Assembly: GCA_951406725.2 (NCBI GenBank)
Contig: OX597814.1
Coordinates: forward strand, 31,682,001-31,746,000
Length of the DNA stretch: 64,000 bases
Source of the DNA: Octopus vulgaris
Taxonomy: Eukaryota
Direction: 5' to 3'
A program made the translations under genes and the position numbers. The notes beneath the pieces are model-generated. The model saw only the letters and a list, made by a program, of their open reading frames with translations. It ran no database searches and had not been told where the DNA came from. Of this stretch, positions 1-12,645 are shown one piece after another; the stretch's first letter is position 1; each line of letters begins with the position of its first letter.

Positions 1-199
1 AGGAGGTAAACCTTTTCCGTTGTTGAATTTCATTGTTTGAGTTGAAAAATAATTTTCTCTTAAAGGGTCATTTTAATTACTTCTAGTTGTACAATGATAC
101 AGCATAGGAAAATAATTGTTTTTGTTTAGTTAGTTTATATGTTCTTCTTTGTTATATTAGATGTTAATGACGGTTAGTGTTCCTCTGTTTCAAAATGTT

Positions 200-625
200 C
201 TTTTCGAATCCCAGGGACGGTGTCTTGCTTTTACGATTGCATGATATAATTACTTAGGAATATCTATTAATTAAGTTTTCTCGATGTTATGTTTTCTAAG
301 GTTTTCTCCAGGCATACGTTACACACCCGCGATGTTCTCTTGTATGGTCTAGTGTTTTTTTATTTTATTATAGACCAGTGGGTTGTATGCTCCACATTTT
401 TTGAGGTCCCAGATGAGGTTAGATAATGATGTGCAGTGCTTTTTGTTTACATTGGAAAATGACGTAGGGTGGTTGCGCAGGCGATTTTTTATGTTGTTTC
501 CGGTACTACAAATGTACACATATTTTTATGTAGACGTTTTCATTTCTCATTTGTAAATCACATTCTTTACCATGCAGTTGTTATTAAATTTGCATTCATT
601 TTCTGTCTGAATTTACATGTTATAT
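200..625 (-). pseudogene. Penelope-like element GIY-YIG endonuclease remnant (frameshifted)
   Basis: Manual minus-strand translation gives ..ECKFNNNCMVKNVIYK..YVYICSTGNNIKNRLRNHPTSFSNVNKKHCTSLSNLIWDLK..TRPYKRTSRVCNVCLEKTLE, matching the PLE pattern CxxxxxCxxxNVIYK / YIGxT..KxRxxNHxxSF / LSxxIWxLK / CxxCLxEK. Contains stops and frameshifts. Confidence 0.8.
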
Positions 626-998
626 TACCTTCACCTTCTATTCCTCCCTACCAAATACACACAGAACTGCCCGCGTACCCCAATCAATCTCTTTGAATGT
701 TAAAATTTGATAAACATCCATAGGTTATACAATCGTTGCTTCGAACTTTATTGCCATATCACCTGGAGAACTGTACATATGAATTCCATGATCCTCCCGC
801 ATGTCTATGGATACTACAGACTGTACTGTATCCATCCCAGGAACACGTACTATGATCGTAAGACAAATGTGATTTCAGGAAACGAGCGTAGCGATGCAGT
901 AAAATACATATAAATTCCATCCAAAGGTTATTATTATTATTACTATAAATATATGTATGTGTGTATGTGCGTATATGTGTGTGTGTGTGGGTGCGTGC

Positions 999-1054
<56 letters not shown>

Positions 1055-2249
1055 TTAATATTTTGGACTGATGGGTATTTGTCGATTAGTGTGTTGACGT
1101 TTTGAGTAGAGCACTGGCACAGTTTCGGCTACCTGATGTCATCCATAGTCGGGGTATATTTCCGCTGGATCTACCTCAGAAACTCCGCTGTGTTAATTGA
1201 GACAATAATGATAATTTCTTAGGTCTGTCATCACTGCTCTGTCGTTATGATTATGTCTGGTTATGGTAGATTTCAGCGAGACCGTGATTTCCGAGACGAA
1301 ATATTTCGGCCTTCAGGAAAACTGTGATGTCTACACCGCCTTCTGTGGACGTGAATCAAATGCTGTATGTTTCGATAAAATCCTGCACCTAATGCTGAAT
1401 ACCGTTTTACATAACACGGTAAATCGATGGCCTGAACGTTAGCATTGGTAAGCATTAGTAAGCATTCGCAAACCCATAAGATTAGTTGTCATTCAGTCTC
1501 CGGATTGGAGAGAAAAGATATTTTTCAGACATCAGATATTCCTAGAGGCATCTCGTTTATTAGTGTTTGTGGACAATTAAAATATCTTCTTGGATGCCCG
1601 CAGATATTTTGTTGGAGTAGCCGAGAGGAGTTAAAAGATGCATAAGCCTTGAAACAAACTTTTCAGATATTTCCGACCGTTTCCCAGGTGTCCTATGCCT
1701 TAATTTCTATTTGTGATAATGTGAACTTAGCTTCATAAAGGTAGATCATGAAAGTGCTATACAGATAACATTTCGGGTAAGTTAAGAGATGGGATTAACG
1801 CATGTGATACACAATTTTGGATAACTAGCTATTCGGACCACAAACTCGTGACATATACATATATGTTTTGCGGTACGTGGCCCAACACCTCTCCCTTCCA
1901 TCTTCTGAAGCTTTACTCCTTTTTCTTTTTCTTTTTCTCTCTTTCTCATCGGTATTTTTTCCTGTTTATTTAAATAATAAATGTTAGTAAAAGGTAAACG
2001 CGTTCTTTCTGGCCTAGAAAACTTTCAGAGACCCATATTATTCTACTGGTTAAGCCATAATAGATAGCAGCCATCAAGGCAGCAGGTGCTGTATCATGCT
2101 GATGAGAGACATTGGACTAGCTTTTGGTGGATTTAATAAAAAAAGGTAACTATAGAGGACAACAGGATACAGACAGGATTATATGTTTAGAAGTGGCTCA
2201 TTGAAGAAACATCGCAAATGATGTGATAGAGCACTGGGTTTACAAAACT

Positions 2250-2425
2250 ATTGGAATGCAGTATATTTCACAGTTCTTTGCGCACTGAGTTCAAATTTCC
2301 TCAAGGGTCAATTTTGCCTTTCAGACTATAGAAAAAATAAAATACCAGGTAAATACTAGGTTTAAGACTATTGACTGACACTTTCCCTCAAATTATGATG
2401 GCTTTGTTTCTAAATCAGGAATCAT
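2250..2425 (+). mobile_element. Degenerate SINE, same family as 49096-49321
   Basis: ctgagttcaaatttcctcaagggtcaattttgcctttca...aaataccag resembles the younger copy at 49162-49230. Confidence 0.55.
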
Positions 2426-2842
2426 CATTATGGGGAAAAAATAAGATGATTTTTACATACTAGTTAAACATATAGTGAGGTCGAATTTGCCATTCATGAA
2501 AATGGTGTCGACAAATAAAATATAGACAAGCACAAGTATCAATTGTTTCGAAAAATCCGCACGATTCAAAATTGTCGAAAAACTGATTTGTAAGACAAGG
2601 TTAGATATTTTAATGAAAGTTTCTTACTATTTGCACAATATTGAAATTGTTGACCATGGTATTTACATTGCCGACACAGGCATGATTTGAACTCAGACCG
2701 TAGTAGTATATAACTGGAAAGAGTATTGGTTATTATCAGGTGCGCTCTACAGATTCTGACATCGAGTGCAATTCACAAATATATATTATTTTTATCTTGT
2801 TGCACTTTACAACTTCATTCTTGTATACTGAGAAACATAGAG

Positions 2843-2973
<131 letters not shown>

Positions 2974-3747
2974 TATATACACATATATACATACATACCT
3001 ATATACATTTTAGTACAGTGTTTAAAATAAGTTTCAATAAATCAAAATACTTTCACACAAAAAGTCTTGCAATAGCTTTCGATAGAAGTATACACACATA
3101 CAGAAATATATACAAGACGGAGAAAATGTTAATACATCTCACAAAGTGCACGTATACAAAGTTACAAGAGATAATTTATAATTTATAGTTATTTAAGTAG
3201 TGTGTATATTAAAAAAAAATCTTTAAAGAGTATTCGAGAATTCGTATTTTCTACGATTTTACATCTAAATAAAATAACTTATAAGTATAACTTCAGGCAA
3301 TTTCACCGCAAAAACAGCGTTCCTCATTCGAGGACATGTAATGACGCCACTTGCTTGTAATTAGATAGGTCATAAGGTTTCTTCTAACCGCTGATGGATT
3401 TTTAACTTTACTAAGCAGAAGAGATTCATATTATCATTTACAGAAGCCATTTAGTTATACAGCAGATTACATGCAAAACTTTCAAAGATATATCTGTATT
3501 CTTTACAATATCACAAAATTATATGGGCATAAACATCTGAATAAATATACAAAACAGTATATTATATAGTAGTTATACTTCTCATCTTACCTAAGGTATG
3601 AAAACGTTAAAAGTGTTTTGGAGTAACTTTATTTCACTTCATAATCTTGCGTTTTTTATCTCTGTATTTCTATAACTGTCTTCCGCTCTCTTCTTTCTCT
3701 CACACTCCATCTGTACATAATATGTATGTATCTATGTATGTATGTTC

Positions 3748-3802
<55 letters not shown>

Positions 3803-3828
3803 TATATACACATATATTCTTATATTCC

Positions 3829-4011
3829 TTTATTATTGTATTTGTTTCAATCATTTGACTGCGGCCATGCTGAAGCGCCGCCTTTAGACGATCCCAGGAC
3901 TTATTCTTTATAAGCCCAGTACTTATTACATCCGTTCCTTTTGTCGAACCGCTAAGTTACGGGGATGTAAACACACCCACATCGGTTGCCAAGCGATGGT
4001 GGGGGCATAAA
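3829..4011 (-). mobile_element. SINE family A, 3' half
   Basis: Reverse complement of the conserved tail gcttgacaaccgatg...cagcatggccgcagtcaaatgactgaaac seen in full copies such as 58961-59395. Confidence 0.9.
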
Positions 4012-4160
4012 CGCACACACGCTCTCGCACACACACACACACACACACACATTTATACCAGAGTAAGCACATAAATGCGAAACAAGGCGGTAAAAATAGT
4101 ACTCGAATACCAGAGGTAGAGTAATATGGTGTATTAAAAAGAAGTAAAAATATAAAAAAC

Positions 4161-4207
4161 AAAACTGTTACTCAGAGTTTTGACGCTCCCGTTCGTCGGA
4201 CAGTTTT
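4161..4207 (-). ncRNA. Type I hammerhead-like motif, probably inactive, in a short PLE-like element (about 4055-4400)
   Basis: Minus strand: AAAACTGT-CCGACGA-ACG(GGAG)CGT-CAAA-ACT(CTG)AGT-A-ACAGTTTT. 8-bp stem I intact; GAA core mutated to CAAA. Confidence 0.7.
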
Positions 4208-5037
4208 GTTTAGAATGGAGCAAGATAAAATTGTATGCAGAAATACAATTACTTTGATAGATAAACATTTGAAAATGGTTTTGTTTCATTGGTCCTTTCA
4301 ACTAACTGTCTTTTCAACAACTGGTTGCATGAAATAACAAATTGCGGTTTAAAATCATATTATTATGAAAATCTAAGAAAACCTTAAAACAAAAATAGCT
4401 TATGAAGAAGGAAAAAGGCCTTAAAACCTAGGGTAAATAATTAGCTGTAAAAATAATAATAAATTAATAAATTAAAAAATATATTCTTTTAAAAAATTTT
4501 CACGCTAAATTACATATACATTTAGAAATACATACACATACCAAACAATCTATAATATATGTATATACACTAAACATACAGACGTAGGTACATGGCTACA
4601 TGCATATACAGCCATATATATGCTATAAGATAAATATATATACATATGCATATATATGTATGCGCATACACACACGCACGCGCACAAAACCTCCTGGCGT
4701 ATGCTTATATAAGTTAGTTGTTACAGGCGAAAGAAGGAAAAGGAAAAAAATCAGGGAATAACAAGAGGTGGGGGGGAGAAAGAAAAAGGGAAAGAAGGAA
4801 GAGAAATAAAAGAAAAATAAACAGAAAACTAGAGAGAGAAAATAAAAAAAAATAGTGGTAGAAAGAGTGAAAGGATTGGCGTTCCAATAAGTATCTGGCG
4901 AAGGTTAGATGCTTCGTTTAGCTTGCGAAACGTACACATGCAAAAACGCACGCATAAAATTACATGTATATCTACATAGATACAAGCATACATACAAATA
5001 CACACACATATAGACACGCATACAAATATATAAATAA

Positions 5038-5068
<31 letters not shown>

Positions 5069-5600
5069 CATACACATGCATACATTCATACACATGAATA
5101 TAATACATTCATACACATGAATATATAGAGACATACCTTCACATCCAGATTAATATATACATCCTAACGTATATACGCACACATTAAAAAAAGAACTGCC
5201 GGGTATATATAGTATTAAAATGTTAGAATAAAGAAACTGCACAATAAATTAATATAACATAATCCAATGCGTGAGTGAACAATAAAAATATACCTCGGCG
5301 AAGCTTAAGCTTAAATTTGCAAACCAAACAGTCGAAGGCTTTTATAAAAGTGAAGACGAAATATGCAGTAGCATTGTAATACAAAATAACCATAAGGTGC
5401 AATGATACATTCAAATGCGACAGTCAAAGTTTTCCGTAAGTCAAAAGATTTTACCCATACGGAATTTTATCGGTTGACATTATAAACCTTGCGCCATGCC
5501 TGCATGAATTTAAGAGTTCGCATCTCTCGTTCAAAGCATGCTTATCCTGGAACAGGATGAAGAACTTTTCTGAGAGGCAAAGATTTCATTTCATGGGTCT

Positions 5601-5682
<82 letters not shown>
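5601..5682. repeat. (TATC)n microsatellite
   Basis: Direct inspection. Confidence 0.97.
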
Positions 5683-5683
<1 letters not shown>

Positions 5684-5719
5684 ATGATCGATCGATCGGT
5701 CTATATAGATAGATAGATA

Positions 5720-5880
5720 CGATGGGATTCTTTCAGTTTCCTTCTATCAAATCCACTCACAAGGCTTTGGTCGGCCCGAGGCTATAGTAGAAGAGACTTA
5801 TCCAAGGTGCTACGCAGTGGGACTGAACCCGGATATATGTAGCTGGTAAGCAAGCTACTCACGACACAGCCACGTCTGCT
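5720..5880 (-). mobile_element. SINE family A, 5' half
   Basis: Reverse complement of the head gtggctgtgt..agtagcttgcttacc..ccgggttcagtcccactgcgt. Confidence 0.88.
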
Positions 5881-5894
5881 GCCATTCCTCTATT

Positions 5895-6258
5895 CTATTA
5901 TTCTTTAACATGTTTCAGTCATTTGACTGCGGCTATGCTGAAGCACCACCTTAATCGAACAAATCGACCCCGGGACTTATTCGTTGTAAGTCTAGTACTT
6001 ATTCCAGCGGTCTTTTTTGCCGAATCGCTCAGTTACGAGGAGGTAAACACACCAGCATCAGTTGTCAAGCGATGCTGGTGGGACAAACGCACACAAACAC
6101 ACACATATGTATATATATATATATATACGACGGTCTTCTTTCAGTTGCCGTCTAACAAATCCACTCACAAGGTTTCGGTCGGGCCGAAAACCCTTGCCCA
6201 AGTTGGGACGGAACCTGGAACCATGTCGTTGGTAAGCAAGCTACTCACGACAAAGCCG
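5895..6258 (-). mobile_element. SINE family A, near full length
   Basis: Head, internal (TA)n(TG)n and conserved tail, all in reverse orientation. Confidence 0.88.
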
Positions 6259-6530
6259 AATATGAATTTTACAAAGAAAAGTTTGAATGTAACTTCGAAG
6301 CTTCAGCTTACTTGTCGTTATCAGACTGCCTGATTATGGATTGTATACCGAAATTTCAATGTGCCGGTGAAATTCTTCCTTGGAAAAATACAAATTATAC
6401 GTTTCTTCAGTACAAATTACCCAAGCTTCCTTGCTTGAACAGATGAACAAAGTACAATTAACGCAGACCAATTAAGCCTACTGTTTTGAGACTTTCATCA
6501 TCTTGATGGAATGTGATCAGTAACCGCCTC

Positions 6531-6605
<75 letters not shown>

Positions 6606-6608
6606 TAA

Positions 6609-6915
<307 letters not shown>

Positions 6916-6933
6916 TCTGGTCGGTCACGTGAT

Positions 6934-6993
<60 letters not shown>

Positions 6994-7276
6994 GTCGCCC
7001 TTTTTAAGCCTAGCCAGGCTCAAATGCACGGTTTTCCGGTTTCTGTGGTGTATGTGTTCCCCCCAGCTGCACGGAACGCAGAAACAGGAAGAGAGAGTGA
7101 GAGAAAGTTGTGGCGAAAGAGTACAACAGGGATCGCCAGCACCCCCTGCTGGAGCCTCGTGGAGCTTTTTAAGTGTTTTCGCTCAATAAACACACACAAA
7201 GCCCAGTCTGGGAATCGAAACCGCGATCCTCCGACTGCGAGTCCGCTGCCCTAACTATCTGGCCATTGTGCCTACA
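6994..7276 (-). mobile_element. SINE family B copy with a different 3' tail
   Basis: Reverse-complement A/B boxes at 7205-7270; body matches family B to about 7080, then diverges. Confidence 0.85.
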
Positions 7277-7434
7277 CACACACACGCACACACACACACA
7301 CACATATATATATAAATATTTATATATATACCGGAGTAAGCACATAAATTTGAAACAAGTTGGGAGAAAGCGTACTCAAATAACAGAGGTAGATTAATAT
7401 GCTTTATTTAAAAGCAGCAGAAATATAATAAAAG

Positions 7435-7497
7435 CTGTTACTCAGAGTTTCACGTTCCCGGTCATCGGACGAAGGGGAACGTGAAACTCTGAGTAAC
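7435..7497. ncRNA. Back-to-back inverted pair of hammerhead motifs
   Basis: Minus: GT-CCGATGA-CCGGGAACGT-GAA-ACTCTGAGT-A-ACAG. Plus: CGGACGA-AGGGGAACGT-GAA-ACTCTGAGT-A-AC. Same family as 4161-4207; flank 7328-7435 matches 4056-4160. Confidence 0.7.
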
Positions 7498-7499
7498 TC

Positions 7500-7815
7500 T
7501 AGGCTGTGAGATTTGTAACACTCTGCCTAAATACCAATCTTGAGAAATAAGGCTTCTCAAAACTAGAAAGGAGAAAACTAATTCGAAGACTACAAATCCA
7601 ATCCATCACTAGAACTGTAAAAATCTGTAAAATTTCCAGTTTATTATTTAAATAAATATGAGCGTCTAGATATGCAACTACATGCATGAGAATACATACA
7701 TAAAGCAATACATACAAATCTGCATACATACATGCACACAAAAAATACCCTTTTGTTGATGTTAAAATTCCAATGAAGAAGCCTTGGATCTAGGTTAGAA
7801 AACGGTTCTTTATTA
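7500..7815 (+). mobile_element. 3' end of RLE-type non-LTR retrotransposon, same family as 62360-63535
   Basis: Encodes ..CLNTNLEK*GFSKLERRKLIRRLQIQSITRTVKICK.. and a 3' UTR (ccttggatctaggttagaaa) matching the reverse complement of 62385-62690. Confidence 0.85.
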
Positions 7816-7878
7816 CACACATGTGAGTGAGAACACTTTGAGATATTTTTGGTATCTAACATATGTCAGATACTGCGA

Positions 7879-7990
7879 GCGCTGCTTCTGAGTGGTCAAT
7901 CCATGGTGATGACCCGAGGTCACGGTGACAGCGCTACTTCTGATTGGTCAATCCATGGTGATGACCCGAGATCACGGTGACGGTACTACT
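7879..7990. repeat. Two-copy ~49-bp tandem duplication
   Basis: gcgctgcttctgagtggtcaatccatggtgatgacccgaggtcacggtgac is repeated with few changes. Confidence 0.9.
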
Positions 7991-8077
7991 TTTGTCATTC
8001 ATAAGTTACAACTAAACGTGAAGAATTTAGTTATTGGGTTAATAAAATATGGTCGTTTATTCGTGTGTAATAAATAA

Positions 8078-8221
8078 AATACCAAACTCATTCCCTATGG
8101 ATACCGTATTTATTACAACTCGTGGCTTGTAAACGTATCTAACTCGCTTTCGCTCGTTAGATACGTTTACAAGCCACTCGTTGTAATAAATACGGTATCC
8201 ATACGGAACTCGTTTGGTATT
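8078..8221. repeat. 144-bp palindrome with symmetric TC/TC (minus strand GA/GA) mismatches and a GCGAAAGC loop
   Basis: Arms pair around 8149/8150; mismatched dinucleotides at 8088/8210, 8120/8178 and 8144/8154. Confidence 0.92.
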
Positions 8222-8852
8222 CTCTCTTTCTCTGTTGGCAAGAAATCTTGAAATAAAATGAATAATGACATACATACATGTAGACGTGCCTGTCAACCTA
8301 GTGGTACTGCTACAAACCTCAGTTTTTTTAGAGGAATCAATGTAAAATTTCAATTCAAAATTTTTAACGGAAAATATGGAAAACCAAAGCCCCTATCTAT
8401 GCCTCCAGTCCAATCAGTCGTTTTTGTGTTCAGAAGATGAAAACTGTCATTCGAACTTGAAGCAACCCAAGAACTGTGTGTCATTAATGGCTAATATCAG
8501 ATTCGAGTTTCTCATAATGAATGATGAAATCTGATCTGAAATAATCTTGTTGCAAACAGTGGCTGTATCTTAACCTTCTAATCATACGGCTCTGTTACCC
8601 GAGAAATTCTATAGTTTTATGAGCCGATTGCAATAGGAATATGACTTTTCTGGTTTGTTGAAGGATAAAACTTCAGCCGACTGAGATGCACTGCCTAAAG
8701 TCTGCAGAGAAGCAGTTTACCAGACGTCGTGAGGAAACTACGGAGTTTATCAAGTGATAGACGTCCTCAAGGAGACATACTTTTATGCATACGAACATAC
8801 ATATGCGTACACACGCACGCACACATACACACGTATATATATGTGCTCGCAC

Positions 8853-8987
8853 ACATACATACATACATACATACATACATACATACATACATACATACAT
8901 ACATACATACATACATACATACATACATACATACATACATACACACATACATACATACATATATACATACATACATACATACATACA

Positions 8988-9016
<29 letters not shown>
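8853..9016. repeat. (CATA)n microsatellite
   Basis: Direct inspection. Confidence 0.97.
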
Positions 9017-9019
<3 letters not shown>

Positions 9020-9520
9020 CAGAAATTTATATCTTCTAAAGTTGAGACATTTTGAAGCCAATTTCGTTCACGCGAGTTAAATAAATAAAAAAAAATCCTC
9101 TTATGTCCTTTTTCTTGAAATATGAAGAGTTTAGTTTTGTTTTGCTTTAATGTTAAAACATTTAAATATGACTACATCGATGTCTAGACTCTAAGAAAAA
9201 TAATAATATTATATTTCTGATAGCACAAAAGCTACAATTTTGGCAGGATATCAGAACAATACGAGATAAAGAATTAAATAAATTATAAAACTGGACGGCA
9301 AAAAAAGTATATGTATGTGCATGCATATTTGTACTTTGTGTCTATGTGCATGTTTGGGTGTATGTGTGTGTATGGATGTGTGCGTGTGTGCATGTGTGTG
9401 TGCTTGTATGTGCGTGTGTGTGCAGGAAAGTAGACAAACTCAATATATTCACAAATTTTTCTTGTGTCAAAACAAACATATAAATCCATGTACGTATATA
9501 CGTGTGTGTTTGTGTGTGCG

Positions 9521-9551
<31 letters not shown>

Positions 9552-9581
9552 ATATATAGAGAGAGATATATAAATACATAC

Positions 9582-9629
<48 letters not shown>

Positions 9630-9674
9630 GCACATATACTTATGTATATTATATGTGTACACACACACACACAT

Positions 9675-9732
<58 letters not shown>

Positions 9733-10883
9733 ATTTGTGCACGCACAGACACTTTGTCTGGGCGTGTGGGTATATATATATACAGACAGACAGACCCACC
9801 CATATACATATATGTATATATGTAGGTATGCATATAAAAACACATGCATATAGATGTATGCGTAAATATGTACGTACGTACTCCTATACGGAGAGAGTTG
9901 TGTATGAATATCTCTGCTTGTATTCATGAGAGATTATATTTTTGGACGGATGACATTCATTTTTGATTAGAGTTCTGCGATGTGTACGAATGTGCGTTCA
10001 TCTGTTTGTGTAAGATTGTGTGTGTGATTGTGTGTGTGTGTGTGTGCGTGTGTGTGTTCGTATAATTGTGTTGTATTTCTTCATTAAATCTAATGAAAAG
10101 AAAATTGCTCATATTCTCCAAGATACAATACCAATCATAGGTATCAAATTCATTAATGCTTGAGGACAGTTCAGCACATTCTTTTATTCTTATTTTCTTT
10201 GTTCCTATCGATTAAACAGAAGGAATACAAGAAAGAAGGCAGAACAAGAGACATAGGAAGAGAAAGAGTGAAAGAGATAGAGAGAAGGAAACTGAGAGAG
10301 AGAGAGAGGCAGACAGACAGAGACAGAGAGAGAAACAAAGGGAGTATGAGAGAAGGGAGGTGAAAGACATTAGTTAGAGGTTGAGGAAAAGGTTAAGTAT
10401 TCCGCAGGTTTCCTGGCATTTATTATTGAAATAAATAACGTTCCCCCATCGTTGATGTGTCTGATGATTGACAAAGCAGAATTGTGTCTTTATGAATGTA
10501 TTTATTTATAAACAAAATTCAGTATACACAGACACACAAGCAAGCACACACAAAACTTTCTATGTATGTGCCTACGTACGTACAAGTACATGTACGTACG
10601 TACAATTATGCTTTGTCAATCATACTCTCTCTCTCACACACACACACACATATACACACAGATTTATATGTAAATGAATATATACAAACAAAGCAAAGAC
10701 AGTGAGAGAGATGGAGAGAAAGCGGAAATCATGCCTATATACACATATGTATGTGTGTATGTATGTATGTGTGCGGGAATCTTTGAGAGTACACGCGTGC
10801 ATATATTATCTATTTATTCCCCTGTTTCATTGTTTGTTTGTCTGTCTGTCTGTCTCACTGTCATCCCTTCTCTTCCTTTGTAC

Positions 10884-10946
<63 letters not shown>

Positions 10947-11339
10947 ATCATGCATGTAAATGTATATAACACATTTTTGTACACACGCAAACATATACAT
11001 ATATACGGATAATTTAATATATATGTATATATCTCTGTGTTTTGTGTGTAAGTCTGTGTGTGAGTGTGGGTGTGTATGTCTATCTAGCAACGTGTGTGTT
11101 TATGAATTTGCTATATAATAATGGAGTACTATATATGAGTTAGAATAAGAACAGTAATAAACGAGTGAAGACCTAATATATAGTGTGTGTGCTTATTTTG
11201 CAAAGAAGCAAAAGAAAAAAACATGACCGTCCCCAAATACAACAGAATCTGTTTCAACACATGGTTTAACATCATGAAACTTGCAACGCAAATAGACAAA
11301 CGTATATAAATATAAATATAAATTTATATTCATACATAC

Positions 11340-11376
<37 letters not shown>

Positions 11377-11460
11377 AGAGTTTACGAAAAAAAAAGGCGA
11401 AGACAGGTGGTGTACAAAACAAACAGATGTATTAGTATAACGTTGAGGAATAGAAAAAGT

Positions 11461-11496
11461 CTTTTATGTTTCGAGCCTACGCTCTTCTACAGGAAG
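11461..11496 (-). ncRNA. Minimal hammerhead-like motif, family 1, in short element 11373-11517
   Basis: Minus: CTTC-CTGTAGA-A-GAGC(GTAG)GCTC-GAA-ACAT-A-AAAG; element 3' end abuts (TA)n. Confidence 0.65.
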
Positions 11497-11526
11497 GGAC
11501 ACAGAAAAAACAAGGAATATATATAG

Positions 11527-12203
11527 ACACAAAAATTCTATAATTATACGGATAATTATAATTAGAGTTCAGCAAATTGCTTCACCACATATCAAAATTT
11601 AGAAATAGCAGCTAAATACTATATCTTCCAGACAGCAATACTCTTAATTAATGTAGGTAAAGAGAAAAAATAAAGAATCCACCAGGCGTATCCACCAGCC
11701 GGGTGGATTTGTTACTTTTTCTCTTTACCTACGTGAATTAAGATTATTGCTATCTGGGAGATATCTTATGGTTGAGGAATATTATTTAGCTGCTATTTCT
11801 AAATTTCAGTATGTGGTGAAGCAATTTGCTGAACTCCAATTATGAAGACCACCTTCGGTCATGAATGACCATGGGATTGCACCTAGAAAGTTACCCTCCT
11901 AGACACAAGTCCGGGCAAGGTTGTTTATGGAAGGCCAGCAGTCGCCCATGCATACCAGCCTCCCCTCTCCAGGCCACCAGTGTTATCCAAGGGAAAGACA
12001 AAGCTCGATACAGCTTGGCACCAGTGACGTCGCAACTCATTTCAATAGCTGAGTGAACAGGAGCAACGTGAAATAAAGTGCCTTGCTCGAGAACGCAACA
12101 CGCAGCCCGGTCCGGGATTCGAGCTCACAACCTCACGATCGTAAGCTCGACGCTCTAACCACTGAGCCATTATAATTATGCTTATAATCATAGAATTTTT
12201 GTA
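11527..12203. repeat. Fold-back element with a SINE inserted in its right arm
   Basis: 11527-11670 is the reverse complement of 11716-11843 plus 12171-12203 (e.g. gagttcagcaaattgcttcaccacata / tatgtggtgaagcaatttgctgaactc). Confidence 0.85.
11844..12170 (-). mobile_element. tRNA-derived SINE family D with RTE-like 3' tail
   Basis: Minus: tggctcagtggttagagcgtcgagc (A box) ... gagctcgaatccc (B box) ... gagcaaggcacttta; the tail resembles RTE-clade 3' ends (inference). Confidence 0.85.
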
Positions 12204-12295
12204 TAAGGTTACCGATAAAGGTTTTTTAACATACCGAACTACTTGGTAAATTTATCAATTATTAATTAATTAATTTTACCCTTTATTATTGTTGG

Positions 12296-12432
<137 letters not shown>

Positions 12433-12645
12433 CACACTCGCCTTTGCAAAGTTCCTGATGTGAAATCGTGTGTTGAAGCAGATATTGTTATAGTTTGGTA
12501 TCGTGGTTTACTTTACTTTTATTTTCTGGTGAGGGGGGTGCAATTAACCACACAAGCTACATATTCGTTCTTCACTTCAGCTTATCATCATCATCATCCT
12601 TCTCATCATCATCATCATCCTCCTCATCATCATCATCATCATCTT

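Noticed and set aside
1060-1270. Possible RLE endonuclease remnant (PDIII) on the minus strand
   Set aside because: Single short motif with multiple stops; not supportable.
6475-6530. Possible degenerate hammerhead
   Set aside because: Neither core box nor stems are intact.
12100-12170. tRNA gene
   Set aside because: A tRNA-like SINE head continuing into a SINE body; the same applies to 6725 and 57280.
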